Made by a program: the position numbers and the translations under genes. Below are positions 52,401 to 64,000 of a stretch of 64,000 nt of DNA, in pieces (positions within the stretch are counted from its first letter, which is position 1; every line of letters begins with the position of its first letter). The notes beneath the pieces are model-generated. The model was not told where the DNA came from. It saw only the letters and a list, made by a program, of their open reading frames with translations, and made no database searches. This DNA is from Haplodiscus bocki (Eukaryota), in NCBI GenBank assembly GCA_965655095.1, contig OZ296659.1, forward strand, positions 65,224,001 to 65,288,000, given 5' to 3'.

Positions 52401-53039
52401 GCTGTAGGGCAGTTTCTTTTATCTATGACTGATTGTTGCGTGGATTGGTTTGGATGAAAAAAAATTGGAAAATGAGATAGTGTTGATGTGCCGGGCAACT
52501 GAGGATTAATTGTCCATCACAGGTCTAGTACCGCGTGTCATATTGTGTTTGACACGTGTGAGTCATCAATGATGTCGTCGTCCTCCATTTGTTCTAATGG
52601 TTTGCTATAGTTATGGCGATATTCTGAATTTTCTTGATCCCATATGTGGTCCTTCCAATATGGTCAAATCCGTATTGGTGCTCTATGAAATTCTCTTCGA
52701 AGACTTCAATTTGTGGTAACGGTCTGAATGTGGAATCAAAGTTTTATGTAGAATCGATTCGGTATTAGGGTAAGGTTTTTTTATTACGTGCAGCTACTTA
52801 TTTCGAATAACTTTGGCTTTTCCCATCTGCTGCTTCCAGACAAAAGATGGTTTTCTATTACAAATAGTTTGTTGAGTTCCATGGTAGTTATTGGGTGTGT
52901 CTGATATGATGTAACTTCTTGTTGTGGTTACATCTGCTCATTGGATTTGTGGATTTGGTAGTTTAAAGAATTTTTTTAATTCGATGGGTGTGTTTTTTGT
53001 TTAGATGTGCTTTCTGTGAGGTTGTCTTCGTTGTCGCCG

Positions 53040-54089
53040 GGCTATGAACGTTCTTTAAAATTTTGTGGTGTATTGATGGCGTTGGGACCGTTCCAAAATT
53101 TCCCTGGTGGATGGTTTGTCCTTTGACAGCGTGGACAAGAGAAGTGTTTTCTAGGTGTGATAGTTTTTACTTTTGGGTGGGGTCCTGTTTTTGTTCTTGT
53201 TTTTTTCCGAAATCTTTCAGAAAAGTCTTTGATTAGATGACACAATTTTTATAGTAACAGCGTAATGTCTTGAAAAGGTCAGGTTTGTTTCCGTTATCCT
53301 TTGTTAACGCTACTGGCTATAGTGGCTATGTGGGGTTCTCCACCATTTTCTATGCTACTAAGTTCTGGTTCTCTTTCTAAATGGGTTACTATCTGGTCGT
53401 ACGTACCTTTTTCGAGGTATCTCGAATTAATTGATCTTTTCAGATGCGGAAGCATTTTGGTGAATAGGAAACTGGCGATCGTTTATTGGGTTTAATCACA
53501 AAATGCTCATTCTGCCTACTCATTTCATCAAGTTCCTCTAAAAAATCGGAAAGTGATTTGGTATTCGGTTCAAAAGTGAGCTTGCGCCACTTATGTTTAT
53601 CAGTTGCTCGTGATTCGAGTTTTACGTATTTCCCTCGAAATACTTTGAATGAGTCCTCAGTTGTTCTTTTGTTGGTAGCATTAATATTGCGAATTGTTTT
53701 CATTGCCTCTTTCCTCGAATGCGCATAAAAATGATTGATTTTTATTGCCTCAGTCTTTCGGTTCTATTTTGAGCATTGCATGGAAGAAGTCCTGAAATTT
53801 TCTTGAAATCCTCGTTTTTGCAGCGAACATTAAGCTGTTTTTGGATGCTGGTTTTAATTTGACAGATGTTTCGGGTCGTTGCTGGGATGCAATTCCAGCG
53901 ATTGCCTCGGGTAATCTGTTAATTGAAGTGTAATGGTCATTAGATGTTCGTTTGTTTTCAAAAAAGGTGATGTGGTGTCTTGTGACAGTTGTCTAATCAT
54001 GTTTTGTGGTTATGTGGGTTCACGGTAAGTTGAAACGGGCCCAGAGAGGAATTCGGGAAATTCTTGTGGGGCATTTTGTCCTGTCGCCT
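53040..54089 (-). pseudogene. Gypsy gag pseudogene (capsid region and zinc knuckle)
   Basis: VFRGKYVKLESRATDKHKWRKLTFEPNTKSLSDFLEEL and eroded CCHC knuckle CPRCQRTNHPPGKFW; located between PBS and protease. Confidence 0.82.
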
Positions 54090-54128
54090 TGTGATTAGTG
54101 TGTGATGGTAGGTCAAGTCTTATGTCGA
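54078..54128 (-). other. Remnant 3' end of the original 5' LTR (54090-54128) plus eroded primer-binding site (AGGCGACAGGAC)
   Basis: Plus-strand TGTGATTAGTGTGTGATGGTAGGTCAA matches the LTR terminus TGTGATGAGTGAGTGATTGTCGGTCAA at 23/27 positions and directly abuts the gag-side sequence. Confidence 0.75.
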
Positions 54129-54322
54129 TGACTACTAAAAGTTTTGAAATCATTTTACGTAAAACTATCGGTAAAACATAGCTCTGAAGTTTCTTCCAAA
54201 ATTGAATGCACTCTTCAACTTTAGATTATGACTTGACGCAATCAAAAGATTTTCAAAAAAGAATTATAACCGAAAGAAGTTGTTAATCCTAAATCCACCA
54301 AAACGTAACAAAGAAAAGTGGT
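54129..54322. repeat. 194-bp duplicate of the external flank of the 3' LTR (41239-41432)
   Basis: TGACTACTAAAAGTTTT...AGTGGT is nearly identical at both positions. Confidence 0.95.
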
Positions 54323-56245
54323 TGTGATGAGTGAGTGATTGTCGGTCAAAGATCTTTTTATTGACCACCAAATCACCTTCCTCTACGGTAACATTACCAC
54401 GAGTCTCATCGATCTTATTTAAGTCTGAACGTGAATGTATCCTACCTGAGGCGGTCATTTGTTGGCCTTCGACATTACCCGAAAAATCTCTCTGATCCGG
54501 ATCCAATAAATTACCGTCAACACTTCGGACTGAAGACGCATTGGTTGGTTTAAAAACCAATTCCACTCAAAGAATCACAAAATTTTTTATCTCAGTCAAT
54601 ACCGCGTCTTGGGTTCTAGTTTCGAGAGTTGTCATCACATTATCCACTTCACTTCGTACTTTATTAACAATGTTTTCCTCAAGTGTGGGCATATCTACTT
54701 GTGGATAATTACTTGCGTTAGATTGTTTGTGTTGTCGGAAGCAGAACCGCTATGTGTTACACTATCTATATTTTCATTCTGAACACCATTTTGGTTCTGT
54801 CCAGTCATATAATGAGTATCTCTTTCACTCAACTGGCTAAAAAGCTTTCGTTTTGCTGTTTCTTCTTCCTGGTAGAGAATATTTTGACATCAACAATTGA
54901 ATTAACCAATAAACTCGATTGATTATACAAACACGAAGGAACAGGGAAAGGATATCAGTCAGAAAAATGAAAAGTGAATAAGTTTAGAGTGTTTTTTGAA
55001 GAATCAACTTGTTTTCGTTGTCACTAAAATCGTTTTGTCACTATTTTGGGTCAACTACCGGTCGCGACTTCTCTCATAAACTCTCATTCGATCCCCAATC
55101 AAAACACGCCGTTTCATGTCGTCACAAATATAACTGCAACTAAAACTGAAGATATAAAGAGCATCAAAAAAAATATACCGCTTGTTCATGACGTCAGGCT
55201 TTAAAAGCAACAAAACAAAACTGCCCTAATATATCTGTTTTTCTTATAACGTAACGTTTCTAGGGAAAATGTTTGTGTTCAATGTGTTGAGGCCTCAATG
55301 AGGTCATCTTAACTAAATATAAGGTTAAAGGGTGTGTTCGTACGCTCTTGGTAGTGTTTTGGGACTGTTTTGGATCTTGGGTCAAAATTGTTACGCATGA
55401 CTGGTGTTTGCCAATATAGCTAAGTCAAAGACTGGCCAACAAAGGTTATTTTGACCGACATTTACACCATAGCCCCAAAGTCATGGAATATTTGTCAGAA
55501 TGTGATTTATCGACGTCAATTTGTTCTTTTCATGTAAAACTAAATTGCTTTACAGTTTCGTTTCATTAAGTGTAAAATTACATGATTTACGTATACGACA
55601 GAAATTATAGGAAGCATATATATATAATGCGTTGAATATATATAATTGATAATTGGTCTTGAATAATTCTGTGTAGGGTAGTTCTATTGAAAAGTTCTTT
55701 TTATACCCAAAGCCCTTTCATTGTACCAAAACAGTTGCGTACGACGCAATAAAAAACTTTTAATTGGTTGTTTTACTGAGAAAGACGTTATCTATTTGAT
55801 AGGTCATGAGCCGCTCGAAAAACCGGCCGTTGATTGTTTTTAATTCCTTAAGTTTTTTTGCGCCGGTCAGAAAGCAGTCAACGTTTGCTATTTTGACCGT
55901 GGATTAATTCTGAGTGTTAAGCATAGCCATTATTGAGTGAATATGGACTTACGCTTTTGGCGAATCAGAATAGAGTTGCGACAAAGTCGGTTGTTCGCGT
56001 CCCAGTACAGTATTTAGATTTGTTCTTGCTTGTTCTTGTTTGAAATTTGCGTCTAGCGTATGGATTTACAATACATGTATTTTGATCTAAGATAGTATTT
56101 CTCTGAAACATAATATTTAATCTTGTTGAAGTTTCAGTTGTTGCCTCCGTCTTGGAACGCCGGAAATATGTTCCGTCTTTCACGTTGTGGACATTTTGAC
56201 ACGTAATGTCGCATACCAGCCGGTAGCAAGCGGCAGCTTGCCACA
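54323..56245 (-). repeat. 5' LTR of E2 (largely overwritten by 3' LTR sequence)
   Basis: Direct repeat of 41433-43342; starts TGTGGCAAG on the minus strand. Confidence 0.9.
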
Positions 56246-56250
56246 GTGGT

Positions 56251-58750
56251 CTCAGACCGTGCCTTGACAAAAGGCGAAAAGACGAGATAAGAAACCACGC
56301 TCACAGACGAAGGATAAAAAGACACTAGCAAAACGCATAAAACACGGACAGCAATAAAAGAATGCAATCAAATATGCGGATTGGAACACAGGAAACAGAA
56401 AAAAAACTAAATTTCTTATGGGCACTGGAACCCAAACCGACACACCGACTGACCTGATCTGAATACCGAGCAAAACAGGAAAAAACAAAACTGACAAATT
56501 GAAAAAACTGTATAATTGATACTGTATACCAAAAAAAGATGTACAAAACCCGAGAAGATTTTTGAGAGCGAAACATCCCGATACAAGAAACACCTTAATG
56601 TCGATCTGAGGATTTGATTGAAGTAGAAAAAGAATATGAAGTTGTTGAAAACAAAAAAATTTAATTACCTCAAAAATCTTAGCATCAACGACAAAGAAAA
56701 ATCTGCGGAGTAATTTTATGAAAGAGAAAGAATTGGATGTACCTAAAACAGTTGAACACAACACCTGCGACACCAATCTCAAACAAGTCAATAGATTGAG
56801 AAAAACCAATCAATACCTGAAACAGCCAAAAACATGAACCGGCAAATATAGTACTCCCAAAAAACTGAGAAAGGATTAAAGAATCTACCGATACAACAAA
56901 CCACAGAATTGGAAACTAAATCAAAATGCCCGGCCAAAGGCTCAACATATCATGATTGCTGAATAAAGAAACATTTTGCAAGCGGAAGTGGCAGATCCAT
57001 GCTGGGGAAAAAAGAAGGAAAAACAATCATTGAAGTAGACGAAACAAGGGAAGCGATACGGACAGATCAGTAAAAAATATGACTAAAAACAGTCATCCAA
57101 CAGACTATTAGATAAAAAGCAATTTGCCAATGATTGCTTAAATGGACGGAGAAAAACAAGATTTCATTATCGATTCCAGATCTCTGCTTACAAAGAAAAC
57201 ATCCAACCAAGAAGATATTAAAAACAAAAACAATTCTACTGAAAGTCAACAAGAATGAGGGTGTGTATAGAAAGGACAAAAGAAAATTCCACCTCAGGTT
57301 TTTGATCGAAGCAAAAAGAGAATAAAGAAAAAATGTGCATTCCATTGACGGAAAAAAACGTGAAGCCAAGCTTCGGAATGAGTTCGTAACGAGATTTCAA
57401 TTCGATGATACAAAGTATATTGACGGAACGGACTGCTCAGAAAACGATGAAGACATATTCGTGGCTTGAAGGATCTCTCAAACGTAATCGAGCGATAGAA
57501 GACAACAAAATCAAACGAAGGAAGAAATTGGGACATTCCCTAATTGAGCAAAAAACCAGAGAAATGCCCTACTTTTTGCCAAAGTACGTAAAGGATGAAA
57601 TGAGCAAGCTACCAAAAATGAGATTTTGGAGAAACACAAAGTGTTGAAGAATATGATTCCCAAGTAAAATCCGAGAGAAAAAACCATTCGTTAAGAACTG
57701 CAACAAACTAAACAACTAAACGACAATGGGACAAAAATAGACGATAGACACCAAAAATGGAAACTATGAAAACAATGAGGCACGGAAACAACAAGATTAC
57801 AAAACGATCCAGTATGAATGTTTGAAAAAGATTCTGAGTTCGCTTCTCTCAAATGAAATAATAGGAAAAAAGGAGCCCAAATTTCGATTTTGCTCGTGAT
57901 TGAGGAAACACAATTTTTATAGATTCAAATATAGATTCTGTTGCTTATCCGATAGCCCAACAATACTCAAGCAACTTATTGATCGAACACTAAGTTATCG
58001 AACGCCAGTTTGACTTCACGCGATAATAGTGGTAAGAAAAGGAGAAAAAAATACCGAAAAGCATGGTTCAAATTCTGACAAGACTAATAGAAGCCAGGTG
58101 TAGAACAGGTGAAAAAATTTGAATCGTTTCCATAGGAAACAACATGGTTGGGACATGAAATACTTAAACACGGAGTTAAACTGCACAAAGAAATAATTGT
58201 AGCAAAATTAGTTTTGGAACCACTCAAGTGCCGCAAAAATTTGAAATCTCCTCTCGGGTAATGTCTTCTACTGCTGAACATTGACGAAGACTTTTCAAGA
58301 AATTTAACCAATTAAATAGTTTACAATTAATACTGAAAAGAAAAATAAACCGGAGCTGGAACAAGAAGGAAGAAAATGTTTTTCTGGAAATGAAAAAAAG
58401 TATAAGCGAAATCCACTATCTCACACTTTTTGCTAGAGACCGAGATAGTTTTGTAACACACGACGCTAGCGAAAGCGGACCCGGAATAACATTGTTGCGA
58501 AAAGAAAAAAGTAATACAGTACGACTGCTTGCTTTCGCAGTTAGATATTTGATTGAAGCCGCAAAATATTATTCGTTGGGAGAGTTCCACTTTTTAGTAA
58601 TTGTGTGGTGATTAGATAATATCACTTTTTGATTATGAGGAAAAGCACATTTATATTGAGACCGCCGAGCCTTAGAAATTTTAAAAATGCGTAACCGATC
58701 GAAAAGACGGTACAATGCTGGACTGACAAGATGACTATATAGATTGAAAA
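56251..58750 (+). mobile_element. Older, internally deleted Ty3/Gypsy relic (E3): gag knuckle, RT end, RNase H
   Basis: CPAKGSTYHDC*IKKHFA eroded zinc knuckle (~56926); WLGHEILKHGVK (~58144); DASESGPGITLL...LLAFAVRYLIEAAKYYSLGEFHFLVIVW (eroded DAS..AFASRYL..AE..YS..E.E RNase H). Strongly A-rich plus strand. Confidence 0.8.
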
Positions 58751-61440
58751 TTTTACGTACTATTTTTTTGACTTCCTCTTTTCGGCCGCGTGACGTAATT
58801 TTTACCAACTTCGAATTCCTTTGCCATACAAAAAATGCCATGAACTCCATTATAAAAAAGAAGATTTGGTTCTTGAAAAATCCTCCGGATTGCTTGCCAA
58901 AATGTGCAAAGTTTTCGATGGTTTCGTGGCTCAGATCGTCCAAATATGAAAGAATCTCATAAATTGTTCGACATGACTTTGCAAACATATGTGCCTCCTA
59001 GACAGCTTCGCGATTAAGGGCAGTGTCAACAAAAAATCGCAATGACAAGAAGAGGCAATTGCCAGCACTATATGTGCTCTAAAGTTTTGCGAAGCCTTTA
59101 ATTATTTCGAGTGAAATATGCTAAAAACATATTTTTAGAGATTTTTGCACAGCGAAAGCTGCCAGAAAAATATCAGACAAATTAATGATTTTACAATTCA
59201 ATACCAGTGCACCTGCCACTATAATGCAACAAATATAGTTTCAGTAATTATAATAATCACATTGATAACTGAATATAGTGTTTTGGATAGCTCCGTGAAG
59301 AATACCATAACCAGATAGAAAAATAAACCTAATAAATCATCAGTAGTTAGCTGCCATAGTTTTTTATATTTCACCAGGCGGAATCGAATCGACATTTGAT
59401 TACTTTTTGTACATCAAGTCAAGAATAATTTTAACATTTGCGTTTTATTATTTTCTACCTGATTTCTAAATTGGAAAAAAAATCTTATAAATCTTTTTCA
59501 CGCTGACAAATTTCATTTTTTTACAACCAATTTGCACATGGCAGACCAAAATTTCGAGTTTTTTTTATTTTAGAAAAAACTGCAACTTTGCTGTGGAATT
59601 CTTTTTCATCTAAAACGCATTTTCAACAAAATCAGAGGATGGTAAAAATCCCGTTGGTAGCCGGGCGTTTTGTTCAATTATTTTTTGGCTAAAATATTGT
59701 CCAAAAATCAAAAAGTTCAGCGCAGTAACCCCAACACTCTATGCACAAGTGCTGAAAATTTCAAAAGTTTCCCGAAGTTTCATACAAAATGCAGCCGATT
59801 ATCTCTCTATTAATCAGTTACCGCCCTAGTTGAACTTGCATAAAAATTTGACCGTTCAGCTGTTGTGTGCTTAATGATGAGTCGGCGTAGGTAGCTATAA
59901 ACTAAATCTGCGTTATTTCTGTTGTAATGTGGGGCAAAAATGTAAAGTTGTCTGTCACTTGTAAAAATTAATTGAGCTGCATTCAAAAACTTGCGAAAAT
60001 TTATTTAGTTTCGCGTGCCAAATTTTGAAAGCACCCTAGAAAACCCCACTTAATTTCATAAAATTCTATGAAGGGACTTGAGAGATATCACTGCAGCAGA
60101 CAAAATTTAGGCATCGAAAGTTTAATATGAATCACCTAAAATCATTCAAAAAGGTGTTTGGTAAAATATAAAACCTTCCAAAACTTCCATTCGCGTTCAA
60201 CTAGGACAACTAGGGGGTAAACCCTGTAAATAAACTGTTCATTTTTGGAACCAAGTTTGCTCGAAATGTCGAGTACCAACTTATTTGCTGCTGCAATACA
60301 CTATCAAACGTTTCAGTAAAGCGATGTTTTAATGTAAACCTCTGGATCATTAACTTCTTGACAAAAATCACGAAAAATGAACAATTTTTTTGAAACATCC
60401 AATACATGAATCAACAAAAAAGAGAAGTGAATTGAGTTGAAATTTGATCAATAAAAAAACTTAGATCTAAGTTTCCAATCTGTTCATCTCCGAACAATTT
60501 TGTTTTCCGCCTTTATTCCAATATGGAAGGTAAAATCATCCACTGAATGAGTGCGTTTTTTTACGTTCAATTGCAGATTGAAAACGTCCGATTGACCTGA
60601 ATATGAAATTTTTCAAGCAAAATTTTAGCAAATTTGCTGTAGAAGGAGACTGAAATAGTAGGTTTTATCAAATACATACGAAATTTGGGTTTGGGCTTTT
60701 TTTAAAAAAAAATTGGGTATTTTGAAAGCAATTAACATATAAGTGGAAGGGCTTTCATTTTTTTCAGAGGTGAATGCAACCTAATTATCTCTTGAGAGCT
60801 TCCTCTTCCATGGATAACTTACGCAAACTCTCCATAAACCTTACCAGCACAATAGAAACGCATTTCAGGAGGAAGCAGGAAATCCTATTGTTGGCGAAGT
60901 TAATGTTAATTAGAGGTCCTGAGTGCCCAACGGTTAAGGAGAATTTCCAAAACTAGCAAAAAACAGAAAAACTGAAAACCGATGATTACCTGTGTATACG
61001 TTCAGAGGATAATTGATAACTAATGTTGTCGTGATCAGGGGCATTCATCGATTGATCGAAAAAATATCTAAAAAAAATAAATGATCGAACAATTATCGAA
61101 ATTATTATTGATCGAATTATCATGAATAATGTCTTGTTGATCATAGAACTATGAATCTTGTGATAATCCACGAATTATGGGTGTTCAACGTTTGATCATT
61201 TAGGGTTTTCTGTGTTTTTTGGCATAGTTCCTGTCGCAAAAAAGTAATATGAAAACCGAGGTGACTCATATATCATATTTTACATCTTTTAGAGCCTTTT
61301 TTTTCTATGGACAACCGACAACCTGGTTCAAAGTCACACCCAAGGTTTAATTTCTTGTTGTTTTTTATTCAACTATATGACAACTTTTTAAAGCATGTGA
61401 AGATAGTCGAGTAATTCATCTTAATATCTAAAGAGGTCAA

Positions 61441-61654
61441 CTAAAAATCGTCGTCTGTTGGGTCGATGTAAGGATCTACAACTTCGCTTTTGGAGTTTCC
61501 GTCTTCCAGGGTACAGTGTGAAATTGTCTGATCACAAGTCTCTGCATAGATTATGTGCGCAGGAGTGCAGTCATCGTAATTGAACTCGTCCGAAACGGTG
61601 ATGGGGCACCAGTAGCCATCATCTGCGGAAGACGAGTCAGCATTTGTACAGTAG
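61441..61654 (-). CDS. Probable 3'-terminal coding exon of a host gene; Cys/Asp-rich extracellular-type peptide, weakly fibronectin type II-like
   Basis: Acceptor TTTTTTTCAG at 61655; open frame YCTNADSSSADDGYWCPITVSDEFNYDDCTPAHIIYAETCDQTISHC...DDDF*; GC-richer than flanks; AATAAA ~72 nt after the stop (61364-61369). Confidence 0.6.
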
Positions 61655-61934
61655 CTGAAAAAAATATTAATTTTTTCCCAATATAGAATGATTTCATGGC
61701 CTTGCATAGTTTTTTAATAAAAATGTATTCCAGCTTGTGAGTTCGCCAAAATGTTTAAAAACCTGTCGAAGGTGTCTTAGTCTTGATAGTTTTGAATCAT
61801 GTTTATTAATTCCTAACTACCTTTTACATTTTTTTATTAACAGTCAATGTATTGGGAATGCAGGTTATTGTACATGCAAACATCGCAGAACATGTGAGCA
61901 TAGTCTTTGACACCACCCCTGGAGAACGGGGGAA

Positions 61935-62080
61935 GGACAAAACAGCCGATTTTAATTGAGACAAAACCGCCGATTTCGAAAATGAGACAAAACCGCCGAT
62001 TTCGAAAATGAGACAAAATCGCCGATTTTAAAGTGGGACAAAACCGCCGATTTTAAAGTGGGACAATGCGGCCGATTTTG
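61935..62080. repeat. Minisatellite, about 6 copies of a 24-26 bp unit (GAGACAAAACCGCCGATTT...)
   Basis: Directly visible tandem copies. Confidence 0.92.
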
Positions 62081-62360
62081 TAAAAGAGAACAAATTGCAT
62101 AAAAATTGTTTCTCTGATAAAAGCGTCTTGGCCTAATTATCGATAATTAGAAATTATATTACCAATTACTATTAGAAACTGAGATACTACTAACTAAATG
62201 CAATTTCCTAAAAATTCAGAAATGGTCTTTTCGGATTCTCTCGGTTCATGCAATTGAGTATCAAGAAAAATCAGAAAATTATATGACGCAAAAATTAAAA
62301 TTGGTTGTTTTTGTAGTAGTTTTTCAGTTTCATTGGCATTTCCTAGGGTGGGTGGCAGGA

Positions 62361-62426
62361 CAAAATACCCAAACTCAAAATACCCAAGCCCAAAATACCC
62401 AAGCCCAAATTACCCAAGCCCAAAAT
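62361..62426. repeat. Minisatellite, ~4.4 copies of 15 bp (CAAAATACCCAAGCC)
   Basis: Directly visible tandem copies. Confidence 0.92.
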
Positions 62427-62594
62427 CATGACTGCATATCTAATTTATTTAAAATATTTTACTACCATTAAATTTTCATAGCCCTGGTATTCAGTAAAGT
62501 TTCTTGGTTGAAAAAGTATTTCTTTAAAATACCACCAAAGAGCTTTTAAGTAAGAATACAAAAAAATATCAAGTGTGTTCATTATCTCACGAGA

Positions 62595-62612
62595 TTCCAG
62601 AACTTTCTGGGA
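62595..62612. promoter_or_regulatory. Distal heat-shock element (HSF site)
   Basis: TTCcaGAActTTCtgGGA: three perfect alternating nGAAn units plus one imperfect, ~250 bp upstream of the TATA box. Confidence 0.75.
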
Positions 62613-62708
62613 GGTAATTCCGGCCGTCAATACCAGCTGTTAGAGTGTAGATTCGTATGTCAGTTTCTGACCGTCGATCTAATAGAATCGTTTTGAGAGG
62701 CGTCGTTC

Positions 62709-62745
62709 ATGACATCATTGTTTAGCCAATCAGATTACTTCGTCA
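62709..62745 (+). promoter_or_regulatory. CRE/ATF-like site and CCAAT box in the sHSP promoter
   Basis: ATGACATCAT (62709-62718), AGCCAATCA (62724-62732) and a CGTCA half-site between the two HSEs. Confidence 0.5.
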
Positions 62746-62811
62746 TTCAGTCAAAAACCAATTCAATTTGACAACGATCAACGCAATCAAATCAAGCTAT
62801 TGTGTCAAATA

Positions 62812-62855
62812 GAAAATTCTCAATTTTTCTAGAACATTCGGTAGAAATATATAAA
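62812..62855 (+). promoter_or_regulatory. Proximal heat-shock element and TATA box
   Basis: GAAaaTTCtc(aat)ttTTCtaGAAcaTTC (62812-62839, five of six in-register units) followed by TATATAAA (62848-62855). Confidence 0.88.
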
Positions 62856-63066
62856 GACGGCCTCATTTATCTTTTATTTCAAAGTTATCAACGTTCTATT
62901 ATTGAAAAACTCAAAGTAAAAAAGTTCACGCATTCTCATAGCAGCTCCAACATTTTGAAAGCACAAAATATATCTGGAAAACAGCGTTATCTGCTTTAAT
63001 CAACCAGATTTAATCAACTACATTTGCTGAAAAATTTTGCTGTTCTTTGATTGCTTCAAAAACACA

Positions 63067-63657
63067 ATGTTGAGCCTATACGGAGATCTTTTCGACCATC
63101 CTCTGTCTCTCAATCGCCGAAGATCACCTCAGCTCTTCACTTTGAGACCAATTTCACGGCAAGCTCCATCGAGGGAAGCCGAGTCCTTACTTCGCTCGGC
63201 CTTACACGACTTCGACCAGTTGGAAAACGAACTCTTCCGAGGATTCCCGGCTGCGGACACTAACGGGCTCTTGAACCGACATTCGTTCAGCGAAGCATGC
63301 CTGCAGCCTCTGCAGTCGGAAGACTCGAAGTCTTGGGGATTTTCTCTGGGTACTTCAGATTACAGCCCAGGGAACTTGAAAGTGGAACTTGACGATCGCT
63401 GTCTGTCTATCAAAGGGTCTCAGCAGACCGAAAGCGAGGATGGAAAACAGAAAGAGTTCAGATCCTTCCAGAGGATGTTCACAATTCCAGAAGACGTCAA
63501 AATGGATTCGATGAAGGTCAAGATGGATGATCAAGGTCGGATGATTGTTCATGGGGAGAAAGAAATCAAAGAGGAGAAGAGAAGTATCAGAGAGATCCCG
63601 ATCGAGATTGCAAAGAAGTCTTCAGTTGAAGGCGCAAAAGAGGCGAATGACGAATGA
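63067..63657 (+). CDS. hsp20: Small heat-shock protein (HSP20/alpha-crystallin family), 196 aa, intronless
   Basis: Alpha-crystallin domain (DYSPGNLKVELDDRCLSIKG...RSFQRMFTIPEDVKMDSMKVKMDDQGRMIVHG) and C-terminal IxI motif (REIPIE). First ATG at 63067. HSE/TATA upstream, AATAAA at 63853-63858. Confidence 0.95.
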   Translation: MLSLYGDLFDHPLSLNRRRSPQLFTLRPISRQAPSREAESLLRSALHDFDQLENELFRGFPAADTNGLLNRHSFSEACLQPLQSEDSKSWGFSLGTSDYSPGNLKVELDDRCLSIKGSQQTESEDGKQKEFRSFQRMFTIPEDVKMDSMKVKMDDQGRMIVHGEKEIKEEKRSIREIPIEIAKKSSVEGAKEANDE

Positions 63658-64000
63658 GACAGAATTTTGCTCCTGAAACTTGAACTGGCAAACTCAAAAA
63701 TAGTTTAATGCATGAAAGATCATGATATTAAATAATTGACTATTAAAGTGCTTTGTCTTGCATCGCTGAATAGTTTCTGCTTTTTAATTGAAGTTTTCTC
63801 TGAAAAACTGGAATTTTTGAATGAAGTCGAGCGAGTCAATGGAAATTCTACCAATAAAAAATCAACAGAAATCTTTAACCTGTGAAGGGGTTATCAATCT
63901 ATTCACCGGGGAATTCCCACTGCGTTGAAATTCCAAACAGACGAAAATAAATAAAAGATCTCAAACAGCCGAATTTTTGTCGTAGCCAATAGGATTTGCG

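Larger units (their letters stand above)
41433..56245 (-). mobile_element. Near-complete degenerate Ty3/Gypsy LTR retrotransposon (element E2, ~14.8 kb) with 5-bp TSD GTGGT
   Basis: Two ~1.9 kb LTRs (41433-43342, 54323-56245) with TG..CA ends; GTGGT at 41428-41432 and 56246-56250; internal gag-PR-RT-RH-INT order diagnostic of Ty3/Gypsy. Confidence 0.92.

Noticed and set aside
61840-61918. Candidate upstream exon (GGVKDYAHMFCDVCMYNNLHSQYIDC) for the 61441-61654 exon
   Set aside because: No GT donor in a compatible phase before the in-frame stop.
61935-62080. CRISPR-like array
   Set aside because: Units are head-to-tail without unique spacers, there are no cas genes, and the context is eukaryotic.
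62283-62471. ORF with signal-peptide-like start and QNTQA repeats
   Set aside because: The repeats are just the translation of the 15-bp minisatellite; there is no other coding evidence.
63037-63066. Longer 206-aa start for the sHSP from the ORF track
   Set aside because: It uses a non-ATG codon; the first ATG, in an A-rich context, is at 63067.
63909-63918. Perfect NF-kB-like palindrome GGGAATTCCC
   Set aside because: A single 10-mer downstream of the gene with no supporting context.

Overview
AT-rich eukaryotic (probably invertebrate animal) genomic DNA, mostly decayed repeats, with one 200-N gap (11726-11925). Only one clearly intact gene is present: an intronless small heat-shock protein (HSP20/alpha-crystallin) at 63067-63657 with a TATA box and two heat-shock-element clusters. 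A probable 3'-terminal exon of a second, opposite-strand host gene lies at 61441-61654. The rest comprises: (i) the 3' half of a degenerate Ty3/Gypsy element (1-8699); (ii) a near-complete degenerate Gypsy element on the minus strand (41433-56245, TSD GTGGT), apparently nested in an older Gypsy relic (56251-58750); (iii) three solo or partial LTRs of the same two related LTR families; and (iv) two long, highly eroded tandem arrays of a ~175-205 bp unit (17500-25100, 33800-39250). Three observations stand out. Both Gypsy families start their Gag-like ORF inside the LTR, and in element E2 it reads across the LTR end and PBS. Both carry a 4.5-5.3 kb extra block between integrase and PPT holding antisense ORF remnants of unknown function. 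The large element shows a templated repair scar, in which the 3' LTR plus 194 bp of flank was copied into the 5' LTR. All alignments were done by eye; boundaries of decayed features are approximate.
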